NCBI RefSeq assembly: GCF_018350175.1 | Contig: NC_058368.1 | Span: forward strand, 211,236,001 to 211,300,000 | Source: Felis catus | Lineage: Eukaryota | Length of the DNA: 64,000 nucleotides | Direction of reading: 5' to 3' | Part shown: positions 50,026 to 62,289 of the stretch, one piece after another | Layout: every line of letters begins with the position of its first letter | How positions within the stretch are numbered: position 1 is the first letter of the stretch | Made by a program: the position numbers and the translations under genes | Notes under the pieces: generated by a model | What the model saw: the letters and a program-made list of their open reading frames with translations, nothing else | What the model was told of the DNA's origin: nothing | Database searches by the model: none

Positions 50026-50669
50026 GTAATCACACCTTGGAATATTCAACTTTGATAACATTGACTTACCCCAATTCTAAATGTGCGTCTTTAAAATATA
50101 GCATGGGGAAGGCGGAGGGGCGCTTTCCCGGGAGTATCATTCTGATTTTAGAGCAGTATCAGTGAAATGAATTTTATGACTGGATAACCCCATCTAAACT
50201 GGCCTCATTCAAGGTAGGGATCCCTGACTGGGGTAAAAAACAGCTTGGAGTACTACTTATGTCATAGATCATCTGATAAAATTAAATAGATGGTCATTTG
50301 ACAGTTTTTTGACTCTGAAGGTGTGGTATTGACCACGATATATGCCAAGTGGTGAATAACTGGTCTATATGCATAGATGCTCACGGCTCTACCATATGAC
50401 AGTGGACACATTTTCATCTCTGCTTACGATCAGGAGCCCTCTACTTACTTCTTAGTGCCAGTGGCACCAAATTTTCACCTTTTCTCCTCCCTAAGTTCAG
50501 AGGATACATATTGAACCTGTATATTTCTACTTCTCTGGGTGACTTTTGAAAATTGACAACGTAACAGATTAATTATAAACCCTTGATAGCTATATTAGTA
50601 TTAAAAACAATAGAAAACTTAGCATTTTGTTTGCAGTTTCTTCCTTTGGGTAATTTTATATAGCACCTT

Positions 50670-50860
50670 TTTTAATGTTTATTTATTTTTGAGACAGAGA
50701 GAGAGCATGAGATGGGGAGCGGCAGAGAGGGAGACAGAGGATCTGAAGTGGGCTTTGTACTGACAGCGGACAACTGATGTGGGGCTCAAACTCACGAACC
50801 ATAAGATCACGTACTGAGCCAAAGTCTGATGCTTAACTACCTGAGCCACCCAGGTGCCCC
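50670..50860 (-). mobile_element. CAN-SINE, antisense
   Basis: Reverse-complement head TGAGCCACCCAGGTGCCCC; TSD TATAGCAC..TTT. Confidence 0.9.
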
Positions 50861-51659
50861 TGTATAGCACTTTCAAGCATTATCTTTTAATAAGGTTTAT
50901 GTCAGAGGGTGACTTATAGTAAAAGTACATGGAATGAAGAGATAGTCCCATTCTTTTACCTGTCTGGCCATAGATTCTGTCTCATTTCCAAAGAAGATCT
51001 GATGACCACAGCACATCCAATACTGCACATTCCATATAATATGCCCCACAGTAACTATAGGCATAAGGAAACATTTACTGTCAAAGAAATATGGCAATAA
51101 AAAATGTGACTGATGTTTTACCCAAATAAACCTCCCAGAATATACATGTCCAGATAAGTATTGATCTATTCAAAGTGGACATGTGTTGCTAGGGTTCAAC
51201 ACACAGTTGTGTCTCCTCTTTCAAGATAGATGACCATCCTTTTGAATAGCCTTAATAATCCTAAATCCTCATTTAAGGGTGATTTTGATTTGAGAATTAT
51301 CAAAACCCATTTGAAGCCAAGATGGGTGATCAGAATGATTTATACTAACTGTGGTAGTTTCAGGTTCAAAAAGAAACAAAACCTGCATTGTTGTTTTTTT
51401 ATACACCAGATAAAGTGGCTCATGAGGCATTTGCACAACAGCGACATCACAGAACAAATATTTGGTTTCTCAAGGTGACTGCTTAAAAGAATAATACTCA
51501 GTGAATATAATTCCGGACGTGTTGCTAAAAGATGAGTCTCTTTGCTTAAGAGTGACTAAGTAGGGCAGGTGCCAAGGTCAGAGTTCTTGCCCAGATACTC
51601 GCCAGATCTTCCTTTCACAATTTCATGTCTATGACACCATCAGAAAAGACAAATAAGTC

Positions 51660-51877
51660 GGGGCGCCTGGGTGGCGCAGTCGGTTAAGCGTCCGACTTCA
51701 GCCAGGTCACGATCTCGCGGTCCGGGAGTTCGAGCCCCGCGTCAGGCTCTGGGCTGATGGCTCGGAGCCTGGAGCCTGTTTCCGATTCTGTGTCTCCCTC
51801 TCTCTCTGCCCCTCCCCCGTTCATGCTCTGTCTCTCTCTGTCCCAAAAATAAATAAACATTGAAAAAAAAAAAAAAA
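51660..51877 (+). mobile_element. Young SINEC_Fc-like SINE (CpG-rich, near-consensus)
   Basis: GGGGCGCCTGGGTGGCGCAGTCGGTTAAGCGTCCGACTTCAGCC; intact CpGs; A tail; TSD AAAAGACAAATAAGT. Confidence 0.97.
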
Positions 51878-52071
51878 AGACAAATAAGTAAATTCTCCTG
51901 GCATAGGCTCAGAAGGTTTCTTAGAAATCATTGGAGTTACACATTAATGGTGTTCTATGTTGTCTCCATAGGCTTCACGGATCTTCTCTTTTGTCCTACA
52001 CAATAGTCCACAGGCCAGCAATCAAAGAAAACTGAACCTGACCCCATCTTCTCACTGTTTCTTCTCTGCAG

Positions 52072-52165
52072 AGGTGCCTACCATGGGTGCAGCCCATACA
52101 CACTTGGCTTGACAAACGTAGGGTGCTTCAGGATGGAGCTCCCCAGTGGGCTGGGCTGCCAATCA
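52072..52165 (+). CDS. AGXT2: AGXT2 exon 6 (94 bp): [31 protein letters not shown]
   Basis: ctctgcag| acceptor, |gtgagt donor; AYHG PLP-stacking motif. Confidence 0.98.
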
Positions 52166-52812
52166 GTGAGTTTTGAGATTTTGGTCTGGTTTCTCTAAAG
52201 TCTGCTCTGCACGTGGTATGACCGATCAGATTTTCCCAGTATCTGGATCAGAAACGCATATGAAGAATATCATTCATCAGGGGCCAAATTTTACTTACTT
52301 GGACCAAAGCCCCCTTGGAGGAAACCTTTAGTAGAAAGGCCTTCAGACTCTGAGCAATTAATTATAGGGATTTTTGCAACTCGTTTTGCTTGAAAATAAA
52401 ATCAGGTAAACCGCAAATGAATGCATTGAGATTAGTTCTCAGAGCCTCGAATGCATAAGATTTCTACAGAGCCATCCTTGTACTCACCTTTTGTTCTCAC
52501 TTGCTGTACCCACCTGAACATCAAATCAGATACCTAATTATTCCTATTCTTTCAGATGCCCTTACCCATATAACTCTTGAGCAAGTTGTTTCCAGGCTGG
52601 CACTGAAGTCAGTTTCCTTTGTAAAGTGCCCACATAACTGGTTTCTAAGAAAAAATTATCTTTTCAAACCAAAGTATTAGGTCTTTGTCCTAAGTGGGAG
52701 AGGAGTATGGGAGGAATCTCAATATCAAATTAAGAAGCCCTCCTATCCTGACTGGTATCATATGTGTCTTGTCCTCACAGTTTTGCCAAATGCCTTCTTT
52801 TGTCATTTGCAG

Positions 52813-52906
52813 ACAATGTGCCCAGATGTTTTCCGGGGCCCCTGGGGAGGAAGCCGCTGTCGAGATTCTCCAGTGCAAACAATTAGAAAATGCAGCTGTG
52901 CACCAG
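52813..52906 (+). CDS. AGXT2: AGXT2 exon 7 (94 bp): [31 protein letters not shown]
   Basis: tttgcag| acceptor; donor CAG|gttcaa (weak); matches AGXT2 [11 protein letters not shown]. Confidence 0.95.
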
Positions 52907-55601
52907 GTTCAACTGGGCAGGGAGCGGGGTGCGGGGTGGCCGGGAGGGTGGGTAACGAAACCGAGAAAGGCCCAACCGTTACTCAGTGAACAGATTTGAA
53001 CCAATGGAAAAGGGAAGAGCCAAAGGAAACAAAACTGGAAAGCAAGGCCTCGTAGCGTCAACATGCATCATGCCTACTACCGCTGTGCTCTCTGGCTGTG
53101 AGGGGAGCATCTCTGGCCATCAGAGCCAAGCTAAACAAACTCCTACTTGATGCTTCATTAAAGGAGTTCCGTCAGCTCTGTTAGCAATAGCTCTGCTATC
53201 AGCTTGAAAAGAGAACAAGGTTGGTGGGATTGTTTACCAATTCCCAACGGAGGAGGGGGAGAGGGAAAAGAATACTTTCAGCCGTTTCAAAACTCGGGTC
53301 AGGAAGTTCCCCCAAGGGACTCAGAATGCCAGCCAAAATGAGGACATCTGTCAAAACTTAAGGCCATTGCCAAAGTCTGTAGACATCTCTGGCAAATGTT
53401 TTAAAGGCATTCTCAAAAGGAGAGTTCCCATTTACCAACCGCATTTATATTTGCATTCTCTACCTATTCTTACCAGAGGGGAGGGATGGAAGCAGCAATT
53501 CTCTGCTAATCAGCAGTCTCCCCTGTGCTTGTCGGCACAGTTCAGGACCTCCGAATAGCTGCTTCTAAGTAGTGCTGAAAGAAAGAGCTCAATGCTTCTG
53601 CCCAAGACGCTTAATGGAACAGCTTTGAGTCACTCGGGTTGAAAAAATGCAAATGGAAGTCTTAGAAATCAGCTTTGAAAGGAAGAAAGAAGATTCACAG
53701 TCACCTTAAAATTCAGATAGGATAATGGCAAAATGGAGACAGGGGGATAAAAGAATGAGCATTGAAATAGGATGCCATGGTCACAGAACTTAAAACTCTA
53801 AGGAAATTTAAAGCTGTATTAAAAGAAAACCCTCCCCTCTCCACTTTAAAAAAATCGGGAAACCAAGGTCCACACCTGAGAGGCAGCAGAGCTAGGACTT
53901 GACCCCAAGCCTTCTGACTCCAAACCACTGGTCCCTACCTATGGCCACCCCTGTTCACTGGCTTGCCAGCAGGATGAACCCAGGCTTAAAAATAATTCCT
54001 GTTCTGGCCAGGATTGAGGGGACCTGGATTCCACTCCCAGCCCCAGCTGGTTCAGCTGCAAGCAAAGGCTCCATCTGTCACCTCGGCTTTCTCATTTGTA
54101 AGATACAGATGGCAGCAGCTGCCCCCAACCCGTCATTACAAGGCTTCATGAGATCAAGAGAGGAGAGTTTGGGGTACAGAAAGGCAGATAATAGCAATAC
54201 CAAGGGTACCTGTAGAGCCGGACCCACATATCCTACCTGGAAGGCATCGAGAACTAAACTCGGTTTCATGCACCTCATCGACCTCAATCTGACCACAACG
54301 CGGGCAGCAGAGAGCCTAGCAAGCAGAAGCACTCAAGAGCTGGCCATCTCCTTCCCTCCCTACTCTGTGTCCCTGCCTTTCTCCATCCTCTCTGCCTCCT
54401 CCCTCTTCGAGGCTTTCTCTGCTTAGGCCAATTTGAAAATACTAGAACCCCATGGTCATCTCTCCAGTGGCCTCTGGAGGCTTAATGATAGTGACAGACA
54501 TACCCTTCTGCTCCTCTGAACTGTTGTCTTTGGCATATCTGAAGTCAGCTGTTTTCTTAATTCACATCCTCAAGAGACACAACTGAAATATGTATTCAAA
54601 CAGAATTGCAATACAAAAAGAGACTTCACACTCCTCCAGGGCTTTGGGGAACTGCGTAGTGTTTGGTCTTTGTTGCAAAAAGGTGTAGTCACATGTTTGC
54701 AAATGCAACCCAGCTCGTAAAGTACTTTGAGTGTAGAAGATTCCGATTCTCCGTTCCTCTTAGGGTGCGTTCACTGGGCGCTTACAGGTACCAATCTTGG
54801 TGGAAGTTCTTTCAGTTCAGGATTAGGTCATCATTGCCCACATGGGCATAAGCAGGAGTCCAGGTTGTGAAGTTGATATAGATGTTTTTGTGGTATATTA
54901 CATCACCTTCCTCTATCCTTTTGCCGGGATTTTGTCTTGCCAAGTGTTCATTCCGGGCCCTGAATTTAGGACGGAAGCTGTGATGACATCCACCTCCCAA
55001 AGCCCACTGCCCCACAATGCCCCAGACCTCGTCCTCACCATGTCATTGTTCTTCACCTTTTGCAAGATGAGCTTCCTTTTCCTGAAACATTGTTCTTCCT
55101 TGGCTCTTCACTCTATTTAACTGTTTCTATACCACCAGCTAAAATAAAAACTCTCCATCTCCACTCAGTTGTTTGAATGGTATACGGGGAACATCCACTC
55201 GTTACACCCTTGTTATCATGGTGATGCCACCGCACCATGTCTCTCTCCAGAGGCAGCCTGACCTGGAGTTACATCAATGAGCTCAGGAACTAAATGTGAA
55301 ATGAAGTAAACAGCTGATTACAGGAGGTGACCCCTCTCGTCACTGAACTCGTGGGCAAGCGGGGGACAAATCATGAAAGGTCTATCACAGGTTCACGCAA
55401 AGCCTGCTCTCAGTTTGGTTTTGGCCAGATGTCAGCCATTGGGGTTGACTTTGCTCCACGCTCCCCCCTCTCTCCTTACAGATGGGCATGCTAAATTTCC
55501 AAATTATTTCTTTTCATATGTGATCCATCCTTTAGAGTCATCCCAGGTTCTCTGCCTTTCTTAATAAAAACTAAAAAATGGACTCTCTACAGGCATGGGT
55601 T

Positions 55602-55678
55602 TACTTGTCTAGTATATCCTCTAGTATATCTAGTATATCTAGTATATCTAGAGGATATACTTGTCTAGTATATCCTCT
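55602..55678. repeat. Local direct, inverted and 9-mer tandem repeat cluster
   Basis: 21-bp direct repeat TACTTGTCTAGTATATCCTCT (55602-55622, 55658-55678) enclosing 3x AGTATATCT and an inverted copy AGAGGATATACT. Confidence 0.9.
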
Positions 55679-56092
55679 CCTCAAGCAATATAAGCGATGC
55701 TAAAAATGTGCTTCCTGGATTTGGTATCCTTTTCCTTCCTTCTTTCTTCACACTTCCAGTCCCTAATTCCAATAACCTAGCCATGCGAGTTTTCCCAAAC
55801 ATCACATGTACCTTAAAACATGTTTGGGGCCAGGTAGTGTTTTTTCCAGTTTTATTTATTTATTTTTCAATATATGAAATTTATTGTCAAATTGGTTTCC
55901 ATACAACACCCAGTGCTCATCCCAAAAGGTGCCCTCCTCAATACCCATCACCCACCCTCCCCTCCCTCCCACCCCCCATCAACCCTCAGTTTGTTCTCAG
56001 TTTTTAAGAGTCTCTTATGCTTTGGCTCTCTCCCACTCTAACCTCTTTTTTTTTTTTTCCTTACCCTCCCCCATGGGTTTCTGTTAAGTTTC

Positions 56093-59000
56093 TCAGGATC
56101 CACATAAGAGTGAAACCATATGGCATCTGTCTTTCTCTGTATGGCTTATTCACTTAACATCACACTCTCCAGTTCCATCCACGTTGCTACAAAAGGCCAT
56201 ATTTCATTCTTTCTCATTGCCACGTAGTATTCCATTGTGTATATAAACCACAATTTCTTTATCCATTCATCAGTTGATGGACATTTCGGCTCTTTCCATA
56301 ATTTGGCTATTGTTGAGAGTGCTGCTATAAACATTGGGGTACAAGTGCCCCTATGCATCAGTACCCCTGTATTCCTTGGGTAAATTCCTAGCAGTGCTAT
56401 TGCTGGGTCATAGGGTAGGTCTATTTTTAATTTTCTGAGGAACCTCCACACTGCTTACCAGAGCAGCTGCACGAATTTGCATTCCCACCAACAGTGCAAG
56501 AGGGTTCCCGTTTCTCCACATCCTCTCCAGCATCTGTAGTCTCCTGATTTGTTCATTTTGGCCACTCTGACTGGCATGAGGTGATATCTGAGTGTGGTTT
56601 TGATTTGTATTTCCCTGATAAGGAGCGACGTTGAGCATCTTTTCATGTGCCTGTTGGCCATCCGGATGTCTTCTTTAGACAAGTGTCTATTGATGTTTTC
56701 TGCCCATTTCTTCACTGTGTTATTTGTTTTTCGGGTGTGGAGTTTGGTGAGCTCTTTATAGATTTTGGATAGTAGCCCTTTGTCCGATACATCATTTGCA
56801 AATATCTTTTCCCATTCCGTTGGTTGCCTTAGTTTTGTTGGTTGTTTCCTTTGCTGTGCAGAAGCTTTTTATCTTCATAAGGTCCCAGTAATTCATTTTT
56901 GCTTTTAATTCCCTTGCCTTTGGGGATGTGTCGAGTATGAGATTGCTATGGCTGAGGTCAGAGAGGTCTTTTCCTGCTTTCTCCTCTAGGGTTTTGATGG
57001 TTTCCTGTCTCACATTCAGGTCCTTTATCCATTTTGAGTTTATTTTTGTGAATGGTGTCAGAAAGTGGTCTAGTTTCAACCTTCTGCATGTTGCTGTCCA
57101 GTTCTCCCAGCACCATTTGTTAAAGAGACTGTCTTTTTTCCATTGGATGTTCTTTCCTGCTTTGTCAAAGATGAGTTGGCCATACGTTTGTGGGTCTAGT
57201 TCTGGGGTTTCTATTCTATTCCATTGGTCTAAGTGTCTGTTTTTGTGCCAATACCATGCTGTCTTGATGATTAAATCTTTGCAGTAGAGGCTAAAGTCTG
57301 GGATTGTGATGCCTCCTGCTTTGGTCTTCTTCTTCAAAATTCCTTTGGCTATTCGGGGCCTTTTGTGGTTCCATATAATTTTAGGATTGCTTGTTCTAGT
57401 TTCGAGAAGAATGCTGGTGCAATTTTGATTGGGATTGCATTGAATGTGTAGATAGCTTTGGGTAGTATTGACATTTTGACAATATTTATTCTTCCAATCC
57501 ATGAGCAGGGAATGTCTTTCCATTTCTTTATATCTTCTTCAATTTCCTTCATAAGCTTTCTATAGTTTTCAGCATACAGATCTTTTACATCTTTGGTTAG
57601 ATTTATTCCTAGGTATTTTATGCTTCTTGGTGCAATTGTGAATGGGATCAGTTTCTTTATTTGTCTTTCTGTTGCTTCATTGTTAGTGTATAAGAATGCA
57701 ACTGATTTCTGTACATTGATTTTGTATCCTGCAACTTTGCTGAATTCATGTATCAGTTCTAGCAGAGTTTTGGTGGAGCCTACCGGATTTTCCATGTATA
57801 ATATCATGTCATCTGCAAAAAGCGAAAGCTTAACTTCATCTTTGACAATTTTGATGGCTTTAATTTCCTTTTGTTGTCTGATTGCTGATGCTAGAACTTC
57901 CAACACTATGTTAAACAACAGCGGTGAGAGTGGGCATCCCTGTCGTGTTCCTGATCTCAGGGAAAAAGCTCTCAGTTTTTCCCCATTGAGGATGATGTTA
58001 GCTGTGGGCTTTTCATAAATGGCTTTTATGATCTTTAAGTATGTTCCTTCTATCCCGACTTTCTCAAGGGTTTTTATTAAGAAAGGGTGCTGGATTTTGT
58101 CAAAGGCCTTTTCTGCATTGATTGACAGGATCATGTTTCTTCTCTCTTTTTTTTTTTTTTTTATTAATGTGATGTATCACATTGATTGATTTGTGAATGT
58201 TGAACCAGCCCTGCATCCCAGGAATGAATCCCACTTGATCATGGTGAAAAATTCTTCTTATATGCTGTTGAATTCAATTTGCTAGTATCTTATTGAGAAT
58301 TTTTGCATCCATATTCATCAGGGATATTGGCTTGTAGTTCTCTTTTTTTACTGGGTCTCTGTCTGGTTTAGGAATCAAAGTAATACTGGCTACATAGAAT
58401 GAGTCTGGAAGTTTTCCTTCCCTTTCTATTTCTTGGAATAGCTTGAGAAGGATAGGTATTATCTCTGCTTTAAACGTCTGGTAGAACTTCCCTGGGAAGC
58501 CATCTGGTCCTGGACTCTTATTTGTTGGGAGATTTTTGATAACCGATTCAATTTCTTCGCTGGTTATGGGTCTGTTCAAGCTTTCTATTTCCTCCTGATT
58601 GAGTTTTGGAAGCGTGTGGGTGTTCAGGAATTTGTCCATTTCTTCCAGGTTGTCCAATTTGTTGGCATATAATTTTTCATAGTATTCCCTGATAATTGTT
58701 TGTATCTCTGAGGGATTGGTTGTAATAATTCCATTTTCATTCATGATTTTATCTATTTGGGTCATCTCCCTTTTCTTTTTGAGAAGCCTAGCTAGAGGTT
58801 TGTCAATTTTGTTTATTTTTCTTGGTTTTGTTGATCTGCTCTACAGTTTTTTTAGATTCTATATTGTTTATTTCTGCTCTGATCTTTATTATTTCTCTTC
58901 TTCTGCTGGGTTTAGGTTGCCTTTGCTGTTCTGCTTCTATTTCCTTTAGGTGTGCTGTTAGATTTTGTATTTGGGATTTTTCTTGTTTCTTGAGATAGGC

Positions 59001-59905
59001 CTGGATTGCAATGTATTTTCCTCTCAGGACTGCCTTCGCTGCGTCCCAAAGCGTTTGGATTGTTGTATTTTCATTTTCGTTTGTTTCCATATATTTTTTA
59101 ATTTATTCTCTAATTGCCTGGTTGACCCACTCATTCTTTAGTAGGGTGTTCTTTAACCTCCACGCTTTTGGAGGTTTTCCAAACATTTTTCTGTGGTTGG
59201 TTTCAAGCTTCATAGCATTGTGGTCTGAAAGTATGCATGGTATAATTTCAATTCTTGTCAACTTATGAAGGGCTGTTTTGTGACCCAGTATGTGATCTAT
59301 CTTGGAGAATGTTCCATGTGCACTCGAGAAGAAAGTATATTCTGTTGCTTTGGGATGCAGAGTTCTAAATATATCTGTCAAGTCTATCTGATCCAATGTC
59401 TCATTCAGGGCCCTTGTTTCTTTATTGACCGTGTGTCTAGATGATCTATCCATTTCTGTAAGTGGAGTGTTAAAGTCCCCTGCAATTACCACATTCTTAT
59501 CAATAAGGTTGCTTATGTTTATGAGTAATTGTTTTATATATTTGGGGGCTCCGGTATTCGGCGCGTAGAAATTTATAATTGTTAGCTCTTCCTGATGGAT
59601 AGACCCTGTAATTATTATATAATGTCCTTCTTCATCTCTTGTTACAGCCTTTAATTTAAAGTCTAGTTTGTCTGATATAAGTATGGCTACTCCAGCTTTC
59701 TTTTGGCTTCCAGTAGCATGATAAATAGTTCTCCATCCCCTCACTCTCAATCTAAAGGTGTCCTCAGGTCTAAAATGAGTCTCTTGTAGACAGCAAATAG
59801 ATGGGTCTTGTTTTTTTATCCATTCGGATACCCTATGTCTTTTCGTTGGCGCATTTAATCCATTTACATTCAGTGTTATTATAGAAAGATACGGGTTTAG
59901 AGTCA
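56093..59905 (-). pseudogene. L1 ORF2 (endonuclease/reverse transcriptase), disrupted
   Basis: Fragments [47 protein letters not shown] and [19 protein letters not shown]; broken by stops and frameshifts (e.g. about 59103, 58800, 58140, 57370). Confidence 0.92.
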
Positions 59906-59956
59906 CTGTGATGTCTGTATGTTTTATGCTTGTAGTGATGTCTCTGGTACTTTGTC

Positions 59957-60850
59957 TCACAGAATCCCCCTTAGGATCTCTTGTAGGGCTGGTTTAGTGG
60001 TGATGAATTCCTTCAGTTTTTGTTTGTTTGGGAAGACCTTTATCTCTCCTTCTATTCTAAATGACAGACTTGCTGGATAAAGGATTCTCGGCTGCATATT
60101 TTTTCTGTTTAGCACACTGAAGATATCGTATCAATCCTTTCTGGCCTGCCAAGTTTCAAAAGAGAGATCAGTCACGAGTCTTATAGGTCTCCCTTTATAT
60201 GTGAGGGCACGTTTATCCCTTGCTGCTTTCAGAATTTTCTCTTTATCCTTGTATTTTGCCAGTTTCACTATGATATGTCGTGCAGAAGGTCGATTCAAGT
60301 TACGTCTGAAGGGAGTTCTCTGTGCCTCTTGGATTTCAATGCCTTTTTCCTTCCCCAGTTCAGGGAAGTTCTCAGCTATTATTTCTTCAAGTACCCCTTC
60401 AGCACCTTTCCCTCTCTCTTCCTCCTCTGGGATACCAATTATGCGTATATTATTTCTTTTTAGTGTATCACTTAGTTCTCTAATTTTCCCCTCATACTCC
60501 TGGATTTTTTTATCTCTCTTTTTCTCAGCTTCCTCTTTTTCCATAACTTTATCTTCTAGTTCACCTATTCTCTCCTCTGCCTCTTCAATCCGAGCTGTGG
60601 TGGTTTCCATTTTGTTTTGCATTTCATTTAAAGCGTTTTTCAGCTCCTCGTGACTGTTCCTTAGTCCCTTGATCTCTGTAGCAAGAGATTCTCTGCTGTC
60701 CTCTATACTGTTTTCAAGCCCAGCGATTAATTTTATGACTATTAGTCTAAATTCACTTTCTGTTATATTATTTAAATCCTTTTTGATCAGCTCATTAGCT
60801 GTTGTTATTTCCTGGAGATTCTTCTGAGAGGAATTCTTCCGCTTGGTCAT
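59957..60850 (-). pseudogene. L1 ORF1 (about 297 codons) with one premature stop (TGA at 60131-60133, probably TGG>TGA)
   Basis: MTKRKNSSQK..coiled coil..RIIGIPE..ETWQARKD* and the frame continues YDIFSVLNRKNMQPRILYPA..LQEILRGIL*. Confidence 0.9.
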
Positions 60851-62077
60851 TTTGGATAGTCCCTGGCGTGGTGAGGACCTGCAGGGCCCTTCCCTTGTGT
60901 TGTGGTGTATAACTGGAGTTGGTGGGCGGGGCTGCAGTCAGACCTGATGTCTGCCCCCAGCCCACCGCTGGGGCCACAGTAAGACTGGTGTGTGCCTTCT
61001 CTTCCCCTCTCCTAGGGGCGGGATTCACTGTGGGGTGGTGTGGCCCGTCTGGGCTACTTGCACACTGCCAGGCTTGTGATGCTGGGGATCTGGCGTATTA
61101 GCTGGGGTGGGTAGGCAAGGTGCATGGGGGCAGGAGGGGCAGGCTTAGATCGCTTCTCCTTAGGTGATCCTCTTCAGGAGGGGCCCTGTGGCAGCGGGAG
61201 GGAGTCAGATCCGCTGCCGGAGGTTTGGCTCCGCAAAAGCACAGAGTTGGGTGTTTGCGCGGAGCGAGCAAGTTCCCTGGCAGGAACTGGTTCTCTTTGG
61301 GATTTTGGCTGGGGGATGGGCGGGGGAGATGGCGCTGGCGAGCGCCTTTGTTCCCCACCAAGCTGAGCTCTGTCGTCAGGGGGCTCAGCAGCTCTCCCTC
61401 CCTTTGTTCTCCAGCCTTCCTGCTTTCCGAGCAGAGCTGTTAACTTATGACCTCCCAGACGCTAGGTCGCGCTTGTTGTGGGAACACAGTCCATCAGGCC
61501 CCTCCGCTTTTGCCAGCCAGACTCGGGGGCTCTGCTTGGCCGGCGAGCCGCCCCTCCGCCCCGGCTCCCTCCCGCCAGTCAGTGGAGCGCGCACCACCTC
61601 GCCGCCCTTCCTACCCTCTTCCGTGGGCCTCTCGTCTGCGTTTGGCTCCGGCGACTCCGTTCTGCTAATCCTCTGGCGGTTTTCTGGGTTATTTAGGCAG
61701 GTGTAGGTGGAATCTAAGTGATCAGCAGGACGCGCTGTGAGCCCAGCATCCTCCTACGCCGCCATCTTCCTTTTCCTCTGTTTTTTCCAGTTTTAAATGA
61801 AAAGCTGAAGTATAAAATATATTTATGCCTCAGTTTTGATGACGATGACGGATATTTTCTGTCCCTAATCTCTCCACTTCAGGAGACAGGTCTGTATCCA
61901 TGCGTCTAAGCAAGCGCTAGGATGGTAGGTGGTGACTCACCTCTCAAATTGCTCTCATGGTTACTGGACCCAGGGCGTCCGCCACATCCACATCTCCCTC
62001 TGTGCTTCTCCTGCTGTTCAAGGATACGAGTTTAAGTTCAGAAACTGTGTGGTGCTGTTTAGAATCAAATTAGAGGT

Positions 62078-62289
62078 GGGGCGCCTGGGTGGCACAGTCG
62101 GTTAAGCGTCCGACTTCAGCCAGGTCACGATCTCGTGGTCCGTGAGTTCGAGCCCCGCGTCGGGCTCTGGGCTGATGGCTCAGAGCCTGGAGCCTGTTTC
62201 CGATTCTGTGTCTCCCTCTCTCTCTGCCCCTCCCCTGTTCACGCTCTGTCTCTCTCTGTCCCAAAAATAAATAAATGTTGAAAAAAAAA
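62078..62289 (+). mobile_element. Young SINEC_Fc-like SINE
   Basis: Near-consensus head and B-box; about 20-bp TSD TTAGAATCAAATTAGAGGTG. Confidence 0.96.

Larger units (their letters stand above)
55854..61778 (-). mobile_element. Full-length (about 5.9 kb) felid-type LINE-1, antisense in AGXT2 intron 7; both ORFs disabled
   Basis: 16-bp TSD TGTTTTTTCCAGTTTT (55838-55853; 61779-61794) with a canonical TTTT/AA endonuclease site; 5' end GAGGAAAAGGAAGATGGCGGCG; CpG-rich 5' UTR; ORF1 and ORF2 (EN, RT FADD, zinc knuckle) in the ORF track. Confidence 0.98.

Noticed and set aside
51660..51745. tRNA-like A-box and B-box sequence
   Set aside because: It is the tRNA-derived head of a CAN-SINE with a CT tract, A tail and TSD, not a tRNA gene
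53899..54426. 175-aa plus-strand ORF in AGXT2 intron 7
   Set aside because: No homology recognised; it overlaps MIR-like relic sequence and has no clear splice context
55602..55678. CRISPR-like or transposon-end interpretation of the repeat cluster
   Set aside because: Mammalian context, no spacers, and no terminal inverted repeat with TSD; better explained as a repair-derived templated insertion
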